Source: Flavobacteriaceae bacterium
GTDB lineage: Bacteria > Bacteroidota > Bacteroidia > Flavobacteriales > Flavobacteriaceae
Direction: 5' to 3'
Assembly (NCBI GenBank): GCA_965200045.1
Contig: OZ241330.1
Location: 293,888 to 357,887, forward strand
DNA: 64,000 nt
Shown: piece after piece, positions 20,407-31,266 of the stretch
Layout: every line of letters begins with the position of its first letter
How positions within the stretch are numbered: position 1 is the stretch's first letter
Notes under the pieces: model-generated
Database searches by the model: none
Told to the model about the DNA's origin: nothing
What the model saw: only the letters and a program-made list of their open reading frames with translations
Position numbers and translations under genes: made by a program

Positions 20407-21697
20407 GGTTCTATGGCAATTTGTGTGGATAGAGTTCTAAGCCTCCACAGAAAAACAAGACTGCCGACCGGAAGTTTTCGAACTTTCGGTATCCTCTGGC
20501 CACGGTTTTGATTGGTTGGATTTTCCCATGGATTCGTTCCGCCCGGGCATTGGATTGTTTGAAAACGAGGGCATGGATGATCCCATCGAGATGTCTTTGG
20601 AACATCTTGGCCACCTCCATGACTTCTTGGATGCCCGTCGCCTTGACTTGGTCCAACCAAGATGTCAATCGCTCTTTGGCTTGTATGATCTCGCGAGCAT
20701 GGAAAATAGCTTTCAAATCCTCACGACATGTCCAAGCTTTACGAGCTTGCCCATGGGCTTGTTGCATGGCCTCGAAGAGGATGTCTTGTTTTTCAGTTCT
20801 ATTTTCCGGATTCTTCCATTGAGCCAAACGGCTGTTTTTTAAGATCGCATGGTGTTGGACTTCTCGGCGTCTGACCGCATCGATGGCCCGATTCAAAGAC
20901 TGGATCCAGTGAAATCGATCATGAATCAAAGAGGCATTGGGTAACAGTTCTTTGGTCAAACGGACAGAGACGTGCCACCTATCCGTTGTGATGGTTTGGA
21001 CAAACGGCTTTTGATGGCCAGGCACCAGACAATTGAACATGGTTTGGGTGGCTTTTCGATGCCGACCGTGAATCCAATCCAAAACGAAGCCTGTTTCCAG
21101 ATTACTCACCACCGTGGCATCGTGATGGCTCCGTTTCAAGGCTTTTTCATGCATGCTCCAATGATGCAGCTCTTCTAGAAAACGCTTGGTCCATCCTTGT
21201 TCCACGGCACAATGCATGATGCGATGGATGGTATGGACTCCACAACGAAGTCATTGATCTATTTTGTATGGATTGCCATTGGCTAGCAGGACGTCCATCA
21301 CCCAGCGTTCAAAATGGATGGTGTATCGACGGGTAGTCACCGCCCAGGGCACGGAGATGCTTTTGACTTGGCCAGAAGAACCACGAACACGAGGAACACG
21401 ACAGTGAATAGTGCATTGGCTTCGAAAGACATCTCAATGACGCCAAACACGTTGTTTCCGATGGTCATCAAGAACGGCCTTTTGACCGGTTTCAGGACAA
21501 ACACAGGACACATGCCAGTGAACCTTGTTGTTGTTCTCATCATCAGTGACGAATTCAATTTGCCAATCAGAGCCTCAATCAAGATTGGCTTTGGCAATGA
21601 CGGTTAGGGTATCCATAAAGTAAAGTTTGTACTCCAAAACTATAATTCAACGGATCATCATTATACTTGGATCATCCACACAAATTGTCATAGAACC
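20407..21697 (-). mobile_element. ISL3-family insertion sequence (1291 bp)
   Basis: The 24-bp terminal inverted repeats ggttctatggcaatttgtgtggat (20407..20430) and atccacacaaattgtcatagaacc (21674..21697) match at 23 of 24 positions. An 8-bp target duplication aaaatttt lies at 20399..20406 and 21698..21705. The element is visibly more G+C-rich than its flanks. Confidence 0.9.
20411..21616 (-). pseudogene. ISL3-family transposase, single frame interrupted by three in-frame TGA codons
   Basis: ISL3-type motifs are present (..VPWA..RYTIHFERWV.., ..DRFHWIQSLNRAIDAVRRRE..). Reading from ATG 21616, the frame is continuous to 20411 except for TGA at 21577..21575, 21436..21434 and 21253..21251. Confidence 0.85.
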
Positions 21698-22420
21698 AAA
21701 ATTTTTTCAGTCCATCGAGAACCATAAACATAGTCTTCGCTGATGGATTCTAAATCCACAATATGGCCAGGTTGTAAATCCATTATGCTGATGGTTTTTG
21801 TTTTAATGATCGGAGTGGCTTCTTTTTCAGTTTTTTCACATTGTAGAACAATGATTTTCATTTCTTTAACAAATCGTTTTTAGCGTATAGACGAAGATAC
21901 AACATTATCGAATGAATCCATACCGTGGCCAAACTAGTGCTGATTATCCATAAAGGAAGCCCTGGTCGGATAGGGCATAAAACAAAAATAATACGGCGGG
22001 CAATGCTAAAAATTGAAGCATGGCATTTTTTATGATACCCCCACCTGCTTTTTTAGTATTTGCTTTGATATCATAATACCCATGAAATCATTTGGGAATT
22101 ATTATTACAACCATTCGAGTCAGAAGTTTTTTTGTTTTAGTTCATTGTATAGCATACTATTTTCTCAAATGAAAACTTTTTTCGTTATTCTATGTTTGAT
22201 ATTTTGAATTTTTATGGAACATATCATTTGCTGTTTATCCGTGTTGATGTCCATCTGATTGAAGTATGCAGTAACTTTAGTATGATTTACAAGTACTAGT
22301 TTAGACATTGTTAAATTCTAATTGGTTTGTTCTTAGAAATTCATTTATTTTGGAGTTCCCTTTTTTAATCTAAAAAACAATTCATACCGTCAAGAAAAAC
22401 AACATTTTAAATAAATTCCG

Positions 22421-23410
22421 ATGTCGCAAATGGAACTCATATTAAAAGAAAATAAAGATCGATTCGTCATTTTTCCAATCCAACACATCGATCTTTGGAC
22501 TTGGTATAAAATCTGTGAAGCTTGTTTTTGGACAGCTGAAGAAATTGACTTGAGTAATGACCTTACCGACTGGAATGATAAATTAAATGATGATGAACGG
22601 TACTTCATCAAGCATATATTGGCTTTTTTCGCCGCTTCCGATGGTATTGTTAATGAAAATTTAGCTGAAAATTTTGTTAATGAAGTTCAATTCACTGAAG
22701 CCAAGTTTTTCTATGGATTTCAAATCATGATGGAAAATATTCATTCTGAAACTTATTCCTTATTGATTGAAACATATGTCGAAGATCCAGAAGAAAAAGA
22801 CCGACTATTTAAAGCTATTGAAGTATTTCCCGCTATTAAAAAGAAGGCTGATTGGGCATTAAAATGGATTGATTCTGATTCTTTTGCAGAGCGATTGATT
22901 GCCTTTGCAGCCGTTGAAGGTATTTTCTTTTCTGGAGCGTTTTGTTCCATTTTTTGGCTCAAAAAAAGAGGATTGATGCCGGGATTGACTTTTTCCAATG
23001 AACTGATTTCACGAGATGAAGGGATGCATTGTGATTTTGCTGTACACGTACACAACAACCATTTGATCAACAAAGTCCCAAAAGAAAGAATACGAGAAAT
23101 TTTAGTTGATGCTTTAAACATCGAAAGAGAATTCATCACCGAATCTCTTCCTGTTCGATTGATTGGGATGAATGCCGATTTAATGACCCAGTATTTAGAA
23201 TTTGTTACCGATCGATTGCTGGTCCAATTAGAAGTAGAAAAAGAATATCATGTGGAGAATCCATTTGACTTCATGGAAATCATTTCTATTGAAGGAAAAA
23301 CCAACTTTTTTGAAAAGAAAGTTGCTGAGTATCAAAAGGCAGGCGTTAAAAGATCCGCTAGTGATATTGCTTCGGGCATCAAAGAATTTGGCACAGATGA
23401 AGAGTTTTAA
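22421..23410 (+). CDS. nrdB: ribonucleoside-diphosphate reductase beta subunit (class Ia, eukaryote-like R2)
   Basis: Di-iron ligand motifs are present: ..[11 protein letters not shown].. and ..[11 protein letters not shown].. Confidence 0.95.
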   Translation: MSQMELILKENKDRFVIFPIQHIDLWTWYKICEACFWTAEEIDLSNDLTDWNDKLNDDERYFIKHILAFFAASDGIVNENLAENFVNEVQFTEAKFFYGFQIMMENIHSETYSLLIETYVEDPEEKDRLFKAIEVFPAIKKKADWALKWIDSDSFAERLIAFAAVEGIFFSGAFCSIFWLKKRGLMPGLTFSNELISRDEGMHCDFAVHVHNNHLINKVPKERIREILVDALNIEREFITESLPVRLIGMNADLMTQYLEFVTDRLLVQLEVEKEYHVENPFDFMEIISIEGKTNFFEKKVAEYQKAGVKRSASDIASGIKEFGTDEEF

Positions 23411-23443
23411 TGAACTAAGAATTAATTAAATCAATATAGAGCC

Positions 23444-25882
23444 ATGTTTGTCATCAAAAGAGGAGGGCGGAAAGAAGCCGTCATGTTGGATAAAATCACA
23501 GCTCGAGTAGCCCAGCTGTGTTATGGTTTAAGTGATATCGTGGAACCTGTCCGCGTCACTTTAAAGGTCATCGAAGGAATGTATGATGGTGTCACGACTT
23601 CAGAACTAGACAATTTGGCGGCTGAAATTGCGGCTACTTTGGCCACAACACATCCAGATTATGCCAAGTTAGCTGCTCGAATTGCTGTTTCCAACCTTCA
23701 TAAGAACACTGAAAAGTCATTTTCTAAAACCATGGAGGCACTTTACACGTATGTGAATCCTAAAACCAATAAAAAAGCCCCTTTGCTATCGGATGAAGTC
23801 TACACCATCATCGAAGAAAATGCTGAAAAACTTGATTCTCACATCATCAATAGTAGAGATTACGATTACGATTATTTCGGTTTCAAAACTTTAGAGCGAT
23901 CGTATCTCCTAAAAATAGACCATCAAGTGAAAGAACGGCCACAACACATGCTGATGAGAGTGAGTGTCGGCATTCACTTCGATGATATTGATGCGGTGTT
24001 GGAGACTTATGACATGATGTCCAAACGGTATTTTACTCATGCCACCCCTACGTTATATAATTCCGGAACGCCAAAACCTCAAATGTCTTCTTGTTTTTTA
24101 TTGAGCATGCAAGACGATAGTATTGAAGGGATCTACAATACATTAAAGCAAACAGCAAAAATTTCTCAATCTGCTGGAGGCATTGGACTTTCTGTTCACA
24201 ATATCCGAGCTACTGGATCCTATATTGCTGGAACCAATGGAACCTCCAATGGTATTGTTCCGATGCTCCGCGTCTTTAATGATACCGCTCGATATGTTGA
24301 TCAGGGGGGGGGCAAACGTAAAGGTTCCTTTGCCATTTATATCGAACCTTGGCATGCGGATATTTTGGAGTTTCTTGATTTGAAAAAGAATCATGGAAAA
24401 GAGGAAATGCGTGCTCGAGATCTCTTCTATGCCATGTGGGTTCCTGACTTGTTCATGAAACGAGTGGAAAATGATGACAAATGGACGTTGATGTGTCCCA
24501 ATGAGTGTCCCCGCCTTTATGATACCCATGGGGAAGAATTTGAAAAACTGTATAAAAAATACGAGTCTGGAAACAAGGGGCGAAAGCAAATTGATGCTCG
24601 AAAATTATGGTTTAAAATCTTGGAATCTCAAATCGAAACAGGCACCCCTTACATGCTCTATAAAGACCATGCCAATAGAAAATCAAACCAAAAGAATTTA
24701 GGAACGATTCGTTCTTCAAACTTATGTGCTGAAATCATCGAATACACTTCAAAAGATGAAATAGCCGTCTGTAATTTGGCCTCTATAGCTCTACCTAGGT
24801 ATGTGACAGATGATGGAACATTTGACCATGACGAATTATATAAAGTCACCAAATTGATTACACGGAACCTCAATCGGGTCATCGATAGAAACTATTATCC
24901 CGTCATTGAAGCCAAAAATTCCAATATGAGACATCGGCCCATTGGCATTGGAGTCCAAGGTCTTGCTGATACTTTCATCAAGTTACGTTTTCCGTTTACA
25001 TCCGATAAGGCAAAAAAACTAAACAAAGACATTTTTGAAACCATCTATTTTGCCGCCATCACCGCCTCTTATGAAGAAGCTCTTAAAGATGGTCCCTATC
25101 AATCGTTTCAAGGATCCCCCATTTCCAAAGGAGAGTTTCAATACAATTTATGGGGATTAACGGATGAGGATATGAGTGGTCGTTGGGATTGGGCTGATTT
25201 GCGTCAAAAAGTGATGAAGCACGGGGTTCGAAATTCATTGCTATTATCTCCGATGCCCACAGCGTCAACCTCTCAAATCCTTGGAAATAATGAATGCATC
25301 GAACCTTATACCACCAACATGTATGCTCGAAGAGTGATTTCTGGGGAATTTGTTGTGGTCAATAAACATTTATTAAAAGATTTGGTTGGTATGGGATTAT
25401 GGAACGACGATTTAAAACAGGAATTGATGCGTTCCAATGGATCGATACAACACATTGAAGGAATCCCTGATAGTTTAAAAGAGCTTTATAAAACTGTTTG
25501 GGAATTGAAAATGAAAGACATCATTGATATGGCTCGTCATCGTGGTTATTTTATTGATCAAAGCCAATCCTTGAATCTCTTTATGGAAGATCCTACCGAA
25601 AAGAAATTGACTTCAATGCATTTTTATGCTTGGCGATCGGGTCTTAAAACTGGGATGTACTATTTGCGAACCAAAGCGGCGGTTGATCCAACCAAATTCA
25701 CCATCGATATCACTAAAAAGCAAGTAGAAAAAGTAAAAGTGGCCGAAACGACGGTCAATCAAGAAACTAACGCGGCCAAACAAAATGTATCCGCTGAACC
25801 CATTGACCCAGAAGAGTTGAGAAATTTAATCGAAACTAGCCGTGGAGGGGACCAAGATGACTGCGAAATGTGTGGCAGTTAA
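23444..25882 (+). CDS. nrdA: ribonucleoside-diphosphate reductase alpha subunit (class Ia)
   Basis: ATP-cone N-terminus ([16 protein letters not shown]), active-site region ..SSNLCAEI.., ..[19 protein letters not shown].. and a C-terminal redox pair CEMCGS. Confidence 0.95.
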   Translation: MFVIKRGGRKEAVMLDKITARVAQLCYGLSDIVEPVRVTLKVIEGMYDGVTTSELDNLAAEIAATLATTHPDYAKLAARIAVSNLHKNTEKSFSKTMEALYTYVNPKTNKKAPLLSDEVYTIIEENAEKLDSHIINSRDYDYDYFGFKTLERSYLLKIDHQVKERPQHMLMRVSVGIHFDDIDAVLETYDMMSKRYFTHATPTLYNSGTPKPQMSSCFLLSMQDDSIEGIYNTLKQTAKISQSAGGIGLSVHNIRATGSYIAGTNGTSNGIVPMLRVFNDTARYVDQGGGKRKGSFAIYIEPWHADILEFLDLKKNHGKEEMRARDLFYAMWVPDLFMKRVENDDKWTLMCPNECPRLYDTHGEEFEKLYKKYESGNKGRKQIDARKLWFKILESQIETGTPYMLYKDHANRKSNQKNLGTIRSSNLCAEIIEYTSKDEIAVCNLASIALPRYVTDDGTFDHDELYKVTKLITRNLNRVIDRNYYPVIEAKNSNMRHRPIGIGVQGLADTFIKLRFPFTSDKAKKLNKDIFETIYFAAITASYEEALKDGPYQSFQGSPISKGEFQYNLWGLTDEDMSGRWDWADLRQKVMKHGVRNSLLLSPMPTASTSQILGNNECIEPYTTNMYARRVISGEFVVVNKHLLKDLVGMGLWNDDLKQELMRSNGSIQHIEGIPDSLKELYKTVWELKMKDIIDMARHRGYFIDQSQSLNLFMEDPTEKKLTSMHFYAWRSGLKTGMYYLRTKAAVDPTKFTIDITKKQVEKVKVAETTVNQETNAAKQNVSAEPIDPEELRNLIETSRGGDQDDCEMCGS

Positions 25883-25913
25883 ATGCGGCCATTTTACTAA
25901 TCTGTGAATCGAT

Positions 25914-26408
25914 TTATTCGTTATAATCTTCGCAATTATATTTCTTGGCGATGAATTCTCTGTGTAGTTCAAACTCGTCTTTGATATCTTCTCGAACGCT
26001 TTCTAAAGGAACTAAAAGGGTGACTCTTTCTTCTAATATTTTAATGATTGAATTGATATTGGATGCCACGGATGAGCGAAATTCCTTATCGCTCTGACTC
26101 CACTGATCCTTTTGATCATCAATGCCTAAAGCTTCTTTTTTAAGATCTCTAAGCGATTGCATTTCTATGTTTTCTCTTGCTCTTCTTTTACGCCTTCTCT
26201 TTCGAAGCTGCCCTTTCACGAAAAAATACACGACCTGAAATACATTCGCAATGAAAACAGTGCACAAACCAATCGTTAGCCAAGGATACCAATAATCTCT
26301 TGAGAATGCAATCATAATGAACATAATCATCATAGCCAGCATATCAAAAGTCCATTTAAGGTAATTCACATCTTGTTGCATGTATTCTAAAATCTTTCTA
26401 TTGGACAT
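25914..26408 (-). CDS. hypothetical membrane protein (2 TM helices plus basic/coiled tail)
   Basis: 164 aa with two hydrophobic spans, then RKRRRKRRAREN and an acidic/charged C-terminal half. No family recognised. Confidence 0.45.
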   Translation of the reverse strand: MSNRKILEYMQQDVNYLKWTFDMLAMMIMFIMIAFSRDYWYPWLTIGLCTVFIANVFQVVYFFVKGQLRKRRRKRRARENIEMQSLRDLKKEALGIDDQKDQWSQSDKEFRSSVASNINSIIKILEERVTLLVPLESVREDIKDEFELHREFIAKKYNCEDYNE

Positions 26409-26632
26409 GTTAATATGATTTCATTTGCAATATACACTTTTCATTATGTCGAATCACAAAAAACGAGATCAGCACTTTATCCACTGTGATTCTTTGACAA
26501 AATGTATGGAACATAAAGCATCGTTTGTTGATAACTCAACCATTGGGGACCATTTAAACCGAGTTTATCAGACATTCATGATATTTAGAATTTCATGATG
26601 ATCAAGTGATACTTTGTTTTTCTTGATTTATC

Positions 26633-28042
26633 TCATACCCATACGGCAGATTTTGAAAGATAATTCACCGTATCTTCTTGAAAGCCTAATTTCTCTTGAA
26701 CGATGTCCTTTGAGATTTCAATTCTCTGGTTTCTATATCGATGAATTTCAAATCTATATGCCTTTAACACCTTTTCACAAATGGCTTGTAAGCCCCTTGC
26801 CCCCTTTTTTTCGTTAATAGCTTGAACCGCTATTTCTTCTAAAGCTTCTTGAGTAAACTCTAACTGAACTCCATCGACTGAAAACATTAGTTTGTATTGT
26901 TTTATGATCGAGTTTTTTGGTTCTGTTAAAATTCTAACCAAGGCTTCTATATCCAATGGATTCGTATGGGTAATGTTGGGGATTCTGCCCAAAAGTTCAG
27001 GGATATAATTATATTTTTTTAAGTCTTCTGTCGTGACATGAGATAATATATACTCTTTTTGACACTTGTTTTTTGGATTTGTATGAAACCCTAATCGCCC
27101 CCCACCTCTTCTTCTTTCAATAATCTTATCTAATCCCTCATGTGCCCCAGTACAAATGAATAACATATTGGTTGTATCCAAATCGATATCCCCACTTTTA
27201 CTCCCTTTGGATCTCTCTCCTATTGGAATATTCATGACACTACCTTCAAACATTTTTAATAGTTCTGATTGAATATTGGTGCCTAATTTCCATAAAATCG
27301 AACCTCTTCCACAGACTTTGTCAATCTCATCGATATAGACAATACCCCATTGGGCTTCTTCGGTTTCAAACTTCGTTAGTGGTTGAATGAGACTCTCAAC
27401 ATCATTACCTAGATAACCAGTCTCAGAAATATTCGTCATAGACCCTTCTGCAAATGGAATATTCATGATATGACACAAACTTCTTACCATTTCAGTCTTC
27501 CCGGTGCCTGGTGGACCGAGCATCAATACATTTGATTTTTTGACTTCATGTCCCCATTGAAACAACTTTCTTCGCTGTAAATGATCATAAACGGCGACAC
27601 AGAGGACTCGTTTGGCTTGATCTTGTCCAATGATGTATTTATCCAACTCGTTTTTGATTTCCAATGGAGAGTGAAACTCTAACTTTTGATCCTTATCCTT
27701 TTCTTGTTCATCCATTGCATCAATCGCCTTTAACCTCCTGTTTTTGTATGATTGTCTTCTCAAATCTTCAAATTCTCGATATTCATTCGATGGTCGAAGA
27801 CCAGTGGTTAAGTATAGATAGGAATCTGAAATATATTCCATGATTTTTTCCATGTTGGATTGATTCACTCCTTTTTGAATGACATAAGAGATATCGATGA
27901 CCCAACCTTGAGAAACTTCAAGGTGTTCTAAATGTGCCTCTATTTTTTTTATTAATTCTCCTCTATCAACGCCATTCTCTTGATCATTGAACCAACGTTT
28001 GATTAAGTTTTCAATGGCCTCAAATCTTTCAGATTTTTTCAT
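26633..28042 (-). CDS. ClpX-like AAA+ ATPase lacking the N-terminal zinc-binding domain
   Basis: Walker A LGPPGTGKT, a pore-loop-like ETGYLGNDVE, Walker B GIVYIDEIDK, ..LDTTNMLFICTGAHEGLDKII.. and an IGF-loop-like ..GGRLGFH.. are all colinear with ClpX. The first ~130 aa contain no Cys cluster. Confidence 0.8.
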   Translation of the reverse strand: MKKSERFEAIENLIKRWFNDQENGVDRGELIKKIEAHLEHLEVSQGWVIDISYVIQKGVNQSNMEKIMEYISDSYLYLTTGLRPSNEYREFEDLRRQSYKNRRLKAIDAMDEQEKDKDQKLEFHSPLEIKNELDKYIIGQDQAKRVLCVAVYDHLQRRKLFQWGHEVKKSNVLMLGPPGTGKTEMVRSLCHIMNIPFAEGSMTNISETGYLGNDVESLIQPLTKFETEEAQWGIVYIDEIDKVCGRGSILWKLGTNIQSELLKMFEGSVMNIPIGERSKGSKSGDIDLDTTNMLFICTGAHEGLDKIIERRRGGGRLGFHTNPKNKCQKEYILSHVTTEDLKKYNYIPELLGRIPNITHTNPLDIEALVRILTEPKNSIIKQYKLMFSVDGVQLEFTQEALEEIAVQAINEKKGARGLQAICEKVLKAYRFEIHRYRNQRIEISKDIVQEKLGFQEDTVNYLSKSAVWV

Positions 28043-28432
28043 AATGTTTTATTATTAGATTGCTCCGTTTGTACGTTTTTTCTTTTTTTTAAGTTGATTT
28101 TTTTAAATCGTTATTTTATTTCGATCTGTTCTATTTTAATTGATTTGTGAATTTGATGTACTTTATTTGACCCATCATTTCATGGATTTTCTTTCGTGTT
28201 TGGTTCGCCTCATTATTTGTTACTTGTTTTCTCGAGATTTGACTTTCTGCTTGTTTTTACTCTTGATTTGTTGCCAGATTTTATAAATAATACTTGACGA
28301 TCGAATAATGAGGATGCTTATCATTTTAAAACAGTAAAATTACAAATTATATTTAAATTAATTTATAATTCATTATAATATATTATAGAGCTTATTTTAT
28401 GATTACATTTCCATAAAACACTTAGTTTTGTT

Positions 28433-28906
28433 TTGGCGAAACAATCCGAGTTTATTATCTATCCACCATCAAATATGGCAATGGACAAAACAAAAAAAGA
28501 TTCCAGATTCCCTCATTCAAAGTCAACTCGTGTCATTCGCCTTGTCATTCCCCATTCAGTAAAAGATCGTTTTGATGAGCTTTATTGGTCTTATTTAAAA
28601 AATGAGCAAGCCTATGGAAAAACTACCAGACATGATTTTGTTGCTTTGGTTATTGATTTGCTGGATGATAAAAATCTAGCCCCAGCTCCAAAAGACTTTG
28701 TTCGGTGGATCACTCGAAAAGGGAAACGAGTTTCTCATTTTAATAAAAGGGAAACCGTCTCTGTCATCGTTCAAATAACCAATGAACACTACGACAACTA
28801 TTTAAAACTGATTTATCATTTTGATCTGGGGAAAAAAGAGCCAACCGTATCTTCATTTATTCCGCAATTTTTAGAAATGGCTTCCGAAAAATTAGGTTAT
28901 CGTTAA
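28433..28906 (+). CDS. hypothetical protein
   Basis: 157-codon ORF divergent from the ClpX-like gene. A Bacteroidota -7-like box TAGTTTTG (28423..28430) abuts the TTG start of the track, so ATG 28475 (MAMDKTKK..) is the more likely start. Confidence 0.5.
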   Translation: MAKQSEFIIYPPSNMAMDKTKKDSRFPHSKSTRVIRLVIPHSVKDRFDELYWSYLKNEQAYGKTTRHDFVALVIDLLDDKNLAPAPKDFVRWITRKGKRVSHFNKRETVSVIVQITNEHYDNYLKLIYHFDLGKKEPTVSSFIPQFLEMASEKLGYR

Positions 28907-29222
28907 TCTCCCATTCAACACACAAGAGTCTCTTTTCTAATTTCCTTTCATTCAGAAATCTATTTAAATTCTGTTGGGTTCACGAATTAGATTTCGTTAC
29001 AATAATCCAAACCCTTTCCGATCCCTTCAAAATTTTGTGAGGGATGAATTCATCTTGAAGTCTAACGAAAGACTCTCACGAACTTGATTTTATCAGTAGA
29101 TTTTCATGTTTGTTTTGTTGATTCAACATTTCGATAGGCATAAGAAATTTTTCAATATGAACTTAATGTTACCTTATTAATAATTTTATATTATCTTTGT
29201 GTTAACCAAACATTATCAAACC

Positions 29223-29585
29223 ATGAAAAAAATTGTTGTTTTATTGTTTTTTGGAATCTACACTCCTATCGTTGCCCAGCAAACTGAAAGAAATATTTCA
29301 TACCAACAAAAAGGAGATGTCGTTTACTTTATTGAATATCACGCCAATGGGACCTTGGCGCAAACAGGTCAGATTCGTGATCATTTAAATGATGGATTAT
29401 GGTCGGCATACAATGATGAAGGTCAAAAAATTGCTGAAGGTCAATATGAAAAAGGAAGGCGCGTTTCTAAATGGTTTTTTTGGGATGAAGACTCTTTAGT
29501 TGAAGTGGATTTTGAAGACAATAAAATTATCAAAGCGATTCGTTGGGATCAAAGCCAAATTATCGCTGATGCCCAGAGTTTTTAA
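29223..29585 (+). CDS. secreted MORN-repeat-variant (YwqK-like) protein
   Basis: Signal peptide MKKIVVLLFFGIYTPIVAQ, followed by G-x-W-type MORN-like repeats (..ANGTLAQTGQIRDHLNDGLWSAYNDEGQKIAEGQYEKGRRVSKWFFW..). ATG 29223 is preferred over GTG 29199. Confidence 0.65.
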   Translation: MKKIVVLLFFGIYTPIVAQQTERNISYQQKGDVVYFIEYHANGTLAQTGQIRDHLNDGLWSAYNDEGQKIAEGQYEKGRRVSKWFFWDEDSLVEVDFEDNKIIKAIRWDQSQIIADAQSF

Positions 29586-29637
29586 TTCTTCTGTCTCAAT
29601 CTGAATTTTACTCCTTTTGAAGAGATGATTTCAGATT

Positions 29638-31248
29638 TTACTTTGACTGATTGAAATCCTTTTTGAAGATGTTGCGGTGGCTTCTGATGATTAATAGCAC
29701 CACCATTAGGGCCATCACAATGACCGATACGAGTTGGCCAAAGTGTAAAAGAGTCAATAGGATGGCACTGACCATAAACGCACTAAGAGCTGTGATAAAC
29801 CACCCGCCAATAACATGAATCACCCCAGAAACTCGATACACGGCACTTCCTTTTTGCCATGCCCGATCGGCTAATGAGGTCCCCATGGCAACCATGAAAG
29901 TGACATAGGTTGTTGAAAGAGGTAATTTTAGGGTTGTAGCCCACGAGATCAATAATGCCGCCACAACCAAATTGATGGATGCCCTGATTTGATCAAAAGC
30001 TGGCCGAATTCCATTGATTGGAGGTAACTCCATGGGCTGAAATCGCTTGGTCATCCAAGATTTTAGTTTTAATGGGAAGAATCCAACCAATAATTGATTG
30101 GCACTGTTGAAAGCCCCCACGAGACCAACGGCCAATAGGTTTGATTTAAAGCGTTCGTTTACTTGGTGCTGGTTTGAGAGATCAATCGATGTTTTGACAA
30201 CTCTCTTGGCTTTGGCATTGACCCAAAGAGTCAACACCATGATGAATCCGGCAATGATTAAAAAGATGATGGGGGTTTTCACTTGACCGGCCATATCGAC
30301 CATCGAAAATTCAGTAGCTGAAATCCCCGATGCGATCCAAATTTGAAATGCCTGAAAAGCAGCTATAGGAACACCAATAAAATTGACCAAATCATTTCCA
30401 GCAAAAGCCAGCGCAAGAGCAAAGGTTCCAACGCCAATAATCAACTTGTAGATATTCACTTTGGCTAACATTTGTAACCAATACGAGATGAATGTCCAAA
30501 ATAAAGCGCTGAATCCCAGAACAACTAAACGATTCGTTTGGATGTACTCTGGCAACGATAATCCCCCGAGTGAATCAAAACTCATATCGGCATAAGCGCT
30601 TCCTTTGATGCCTTTGATAAAAATAAAATAACACAAAGCAGCCAGCGAAGCCCCTCCAAAGAGTGCGTTAATCCATTTCCTCCCGTTTTTTAGGTGGAAG
30701 CCTAGTGCCAATCGAACAATCCATTGGATGATCGATCCGGAAGTAAACGCAATCACCACCGAAAGCAAAATGCCGATAATGATTTCTAATGATTTATCCG
30801 TATTGATATAATTGTAGAGTAGGGATAAATCTTGTCCCGATTCCAAAAGTTTGATGACCGACATGGCTACAGCAGCCCCCAAAAGCTCAAAAACAATCGA
30901 TACCGTCGTGGACGTTGGGAGGCCTAATGTGTTGAAAAAATCAAGCAATAAAATATCGGTCAACATGACGGCTAGAAAAATGAAAATGATTTCATCAAAG
31001 AAAAACTCTGATGGATTAAAAATCCCCTTTCGAGCAACTTCCATCATTCCGCTAGAAAAAATCGCTCCAACGATAATCCCCAAACTGGCATAAATCATCA
31101 GCCTTCGAAAAGGAATGGCACGAGAACCAATGGCAGAACTCAAAAAATTGACGGCATCATTGCTGACCCCCACAATCAAATCACCTATTGCCAGCAGACA
31201 AATCAGAACAACAATAAGCAAAAAAACGTGTTCCATTAAAAAGAACAA
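29638..31248 (-). CDS. inorganic phosphate transporter, PiT (PHO4) family
   Basis: 536 aa polytopic protein. It has duplicated PiT signature segments VGVSNDAVNFLSSAIGS and AFAGNDLVNFIGVPIA. Confidence 0.9.
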   Translation of the reverse strand: MFFLMEHVFLLIVVLICLLAIGDLIVGVSNDAVNFLSSAIGSRAIPFRRLMIYASLGIIVGAIFSSGMMEVARKGIFNPSEFFFDEIIFIFLAVMLTDILLLDFFNTLGLPTSTTVSIVFELLGAAVAMSVIKLLESGQDLSLLYNYINTDKSLEIIIGILLSVVIAFTSGSIIQWIVRLALGFHLKNGRKWINALFGGASLAALCYFIFIKGIKGSAYADMSFDSLGGLSLPEYIQTNRLVVLGFSALFWTFISYWLQMLAKVNIYKLIIGVGTFALALAFAGNDLVNFIGVPIAAFQAFQIWIASGISATEFSMVDMAGQVKTPIIFLIIAGFIMVLTLWVNAKAKRVVKTSIDLSNQHQVNERFKSNLLAVGLVGAFNSANQLLVGFFPLKLKSWMTKRFQPMELPPINGIRPAFDQIRASINLVVAALLISWATTLKLPLSTTYVTFMVAMGTSLADRAWQKGSAVYRVSGVIHVIGGWFITALSAFMVSAILLTLLHFGQLVSVIVMALMVVLLIIRSHRNIFKKDFNQSK

Positions 31249-31266
31249 ATCCTTACAAACCCAATA

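Larger units (their letters stand above)
20122..21861 (-). pseudogene. small HExxH (zinc-metallopeptidase-like) gene split by the ISL3 insertion
   Basis: The 5' part 21861..21706 encodes MKIIVLQCEK..GSRWTE. The 3' part 20398..20122 encodes ..LNNGCPRDYWDEVDRYVLVHEVGHFH.. Removing the IS and one copy of the target duplication joins them in frame into a 146-codon ORF. Confidence 0.65.

Noticed and set aside
20394-21607. Multiple track ORFs on both strands inside the ISL3 element (20394..20660, 20508..20842, 20972..21178, 21314..21607, 21337..21597)
   Set aside because: The G+C-richer IS sequence is poor in stop codons, which generates spurious ORFs in all frames. Only the frame from 21616 to 20411 has transposase motifs.
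22013-22611. Track ORFs 22013..22207 (+) and 22390..22611 (-) upstream of and overlapping nrdB
   Set aside because: They are low-complexity, Phe/Ile/Ser-rich translations of AT-rich intergenic DNA or antisense to nrdB. I saw no motifs.
24304-24312. G9 homopolymer inside nrdA, considered as a possible slippage or phase-variation site
   Set aside because: It is in frame in an intact essential gene and encodes the conserved ..DQGGGKRKG.. segment. It is noteworthy only as an error-prone spot for sequencing. The C9 run at 38212..38220 inside the IS5 transposase is likewise in frame.
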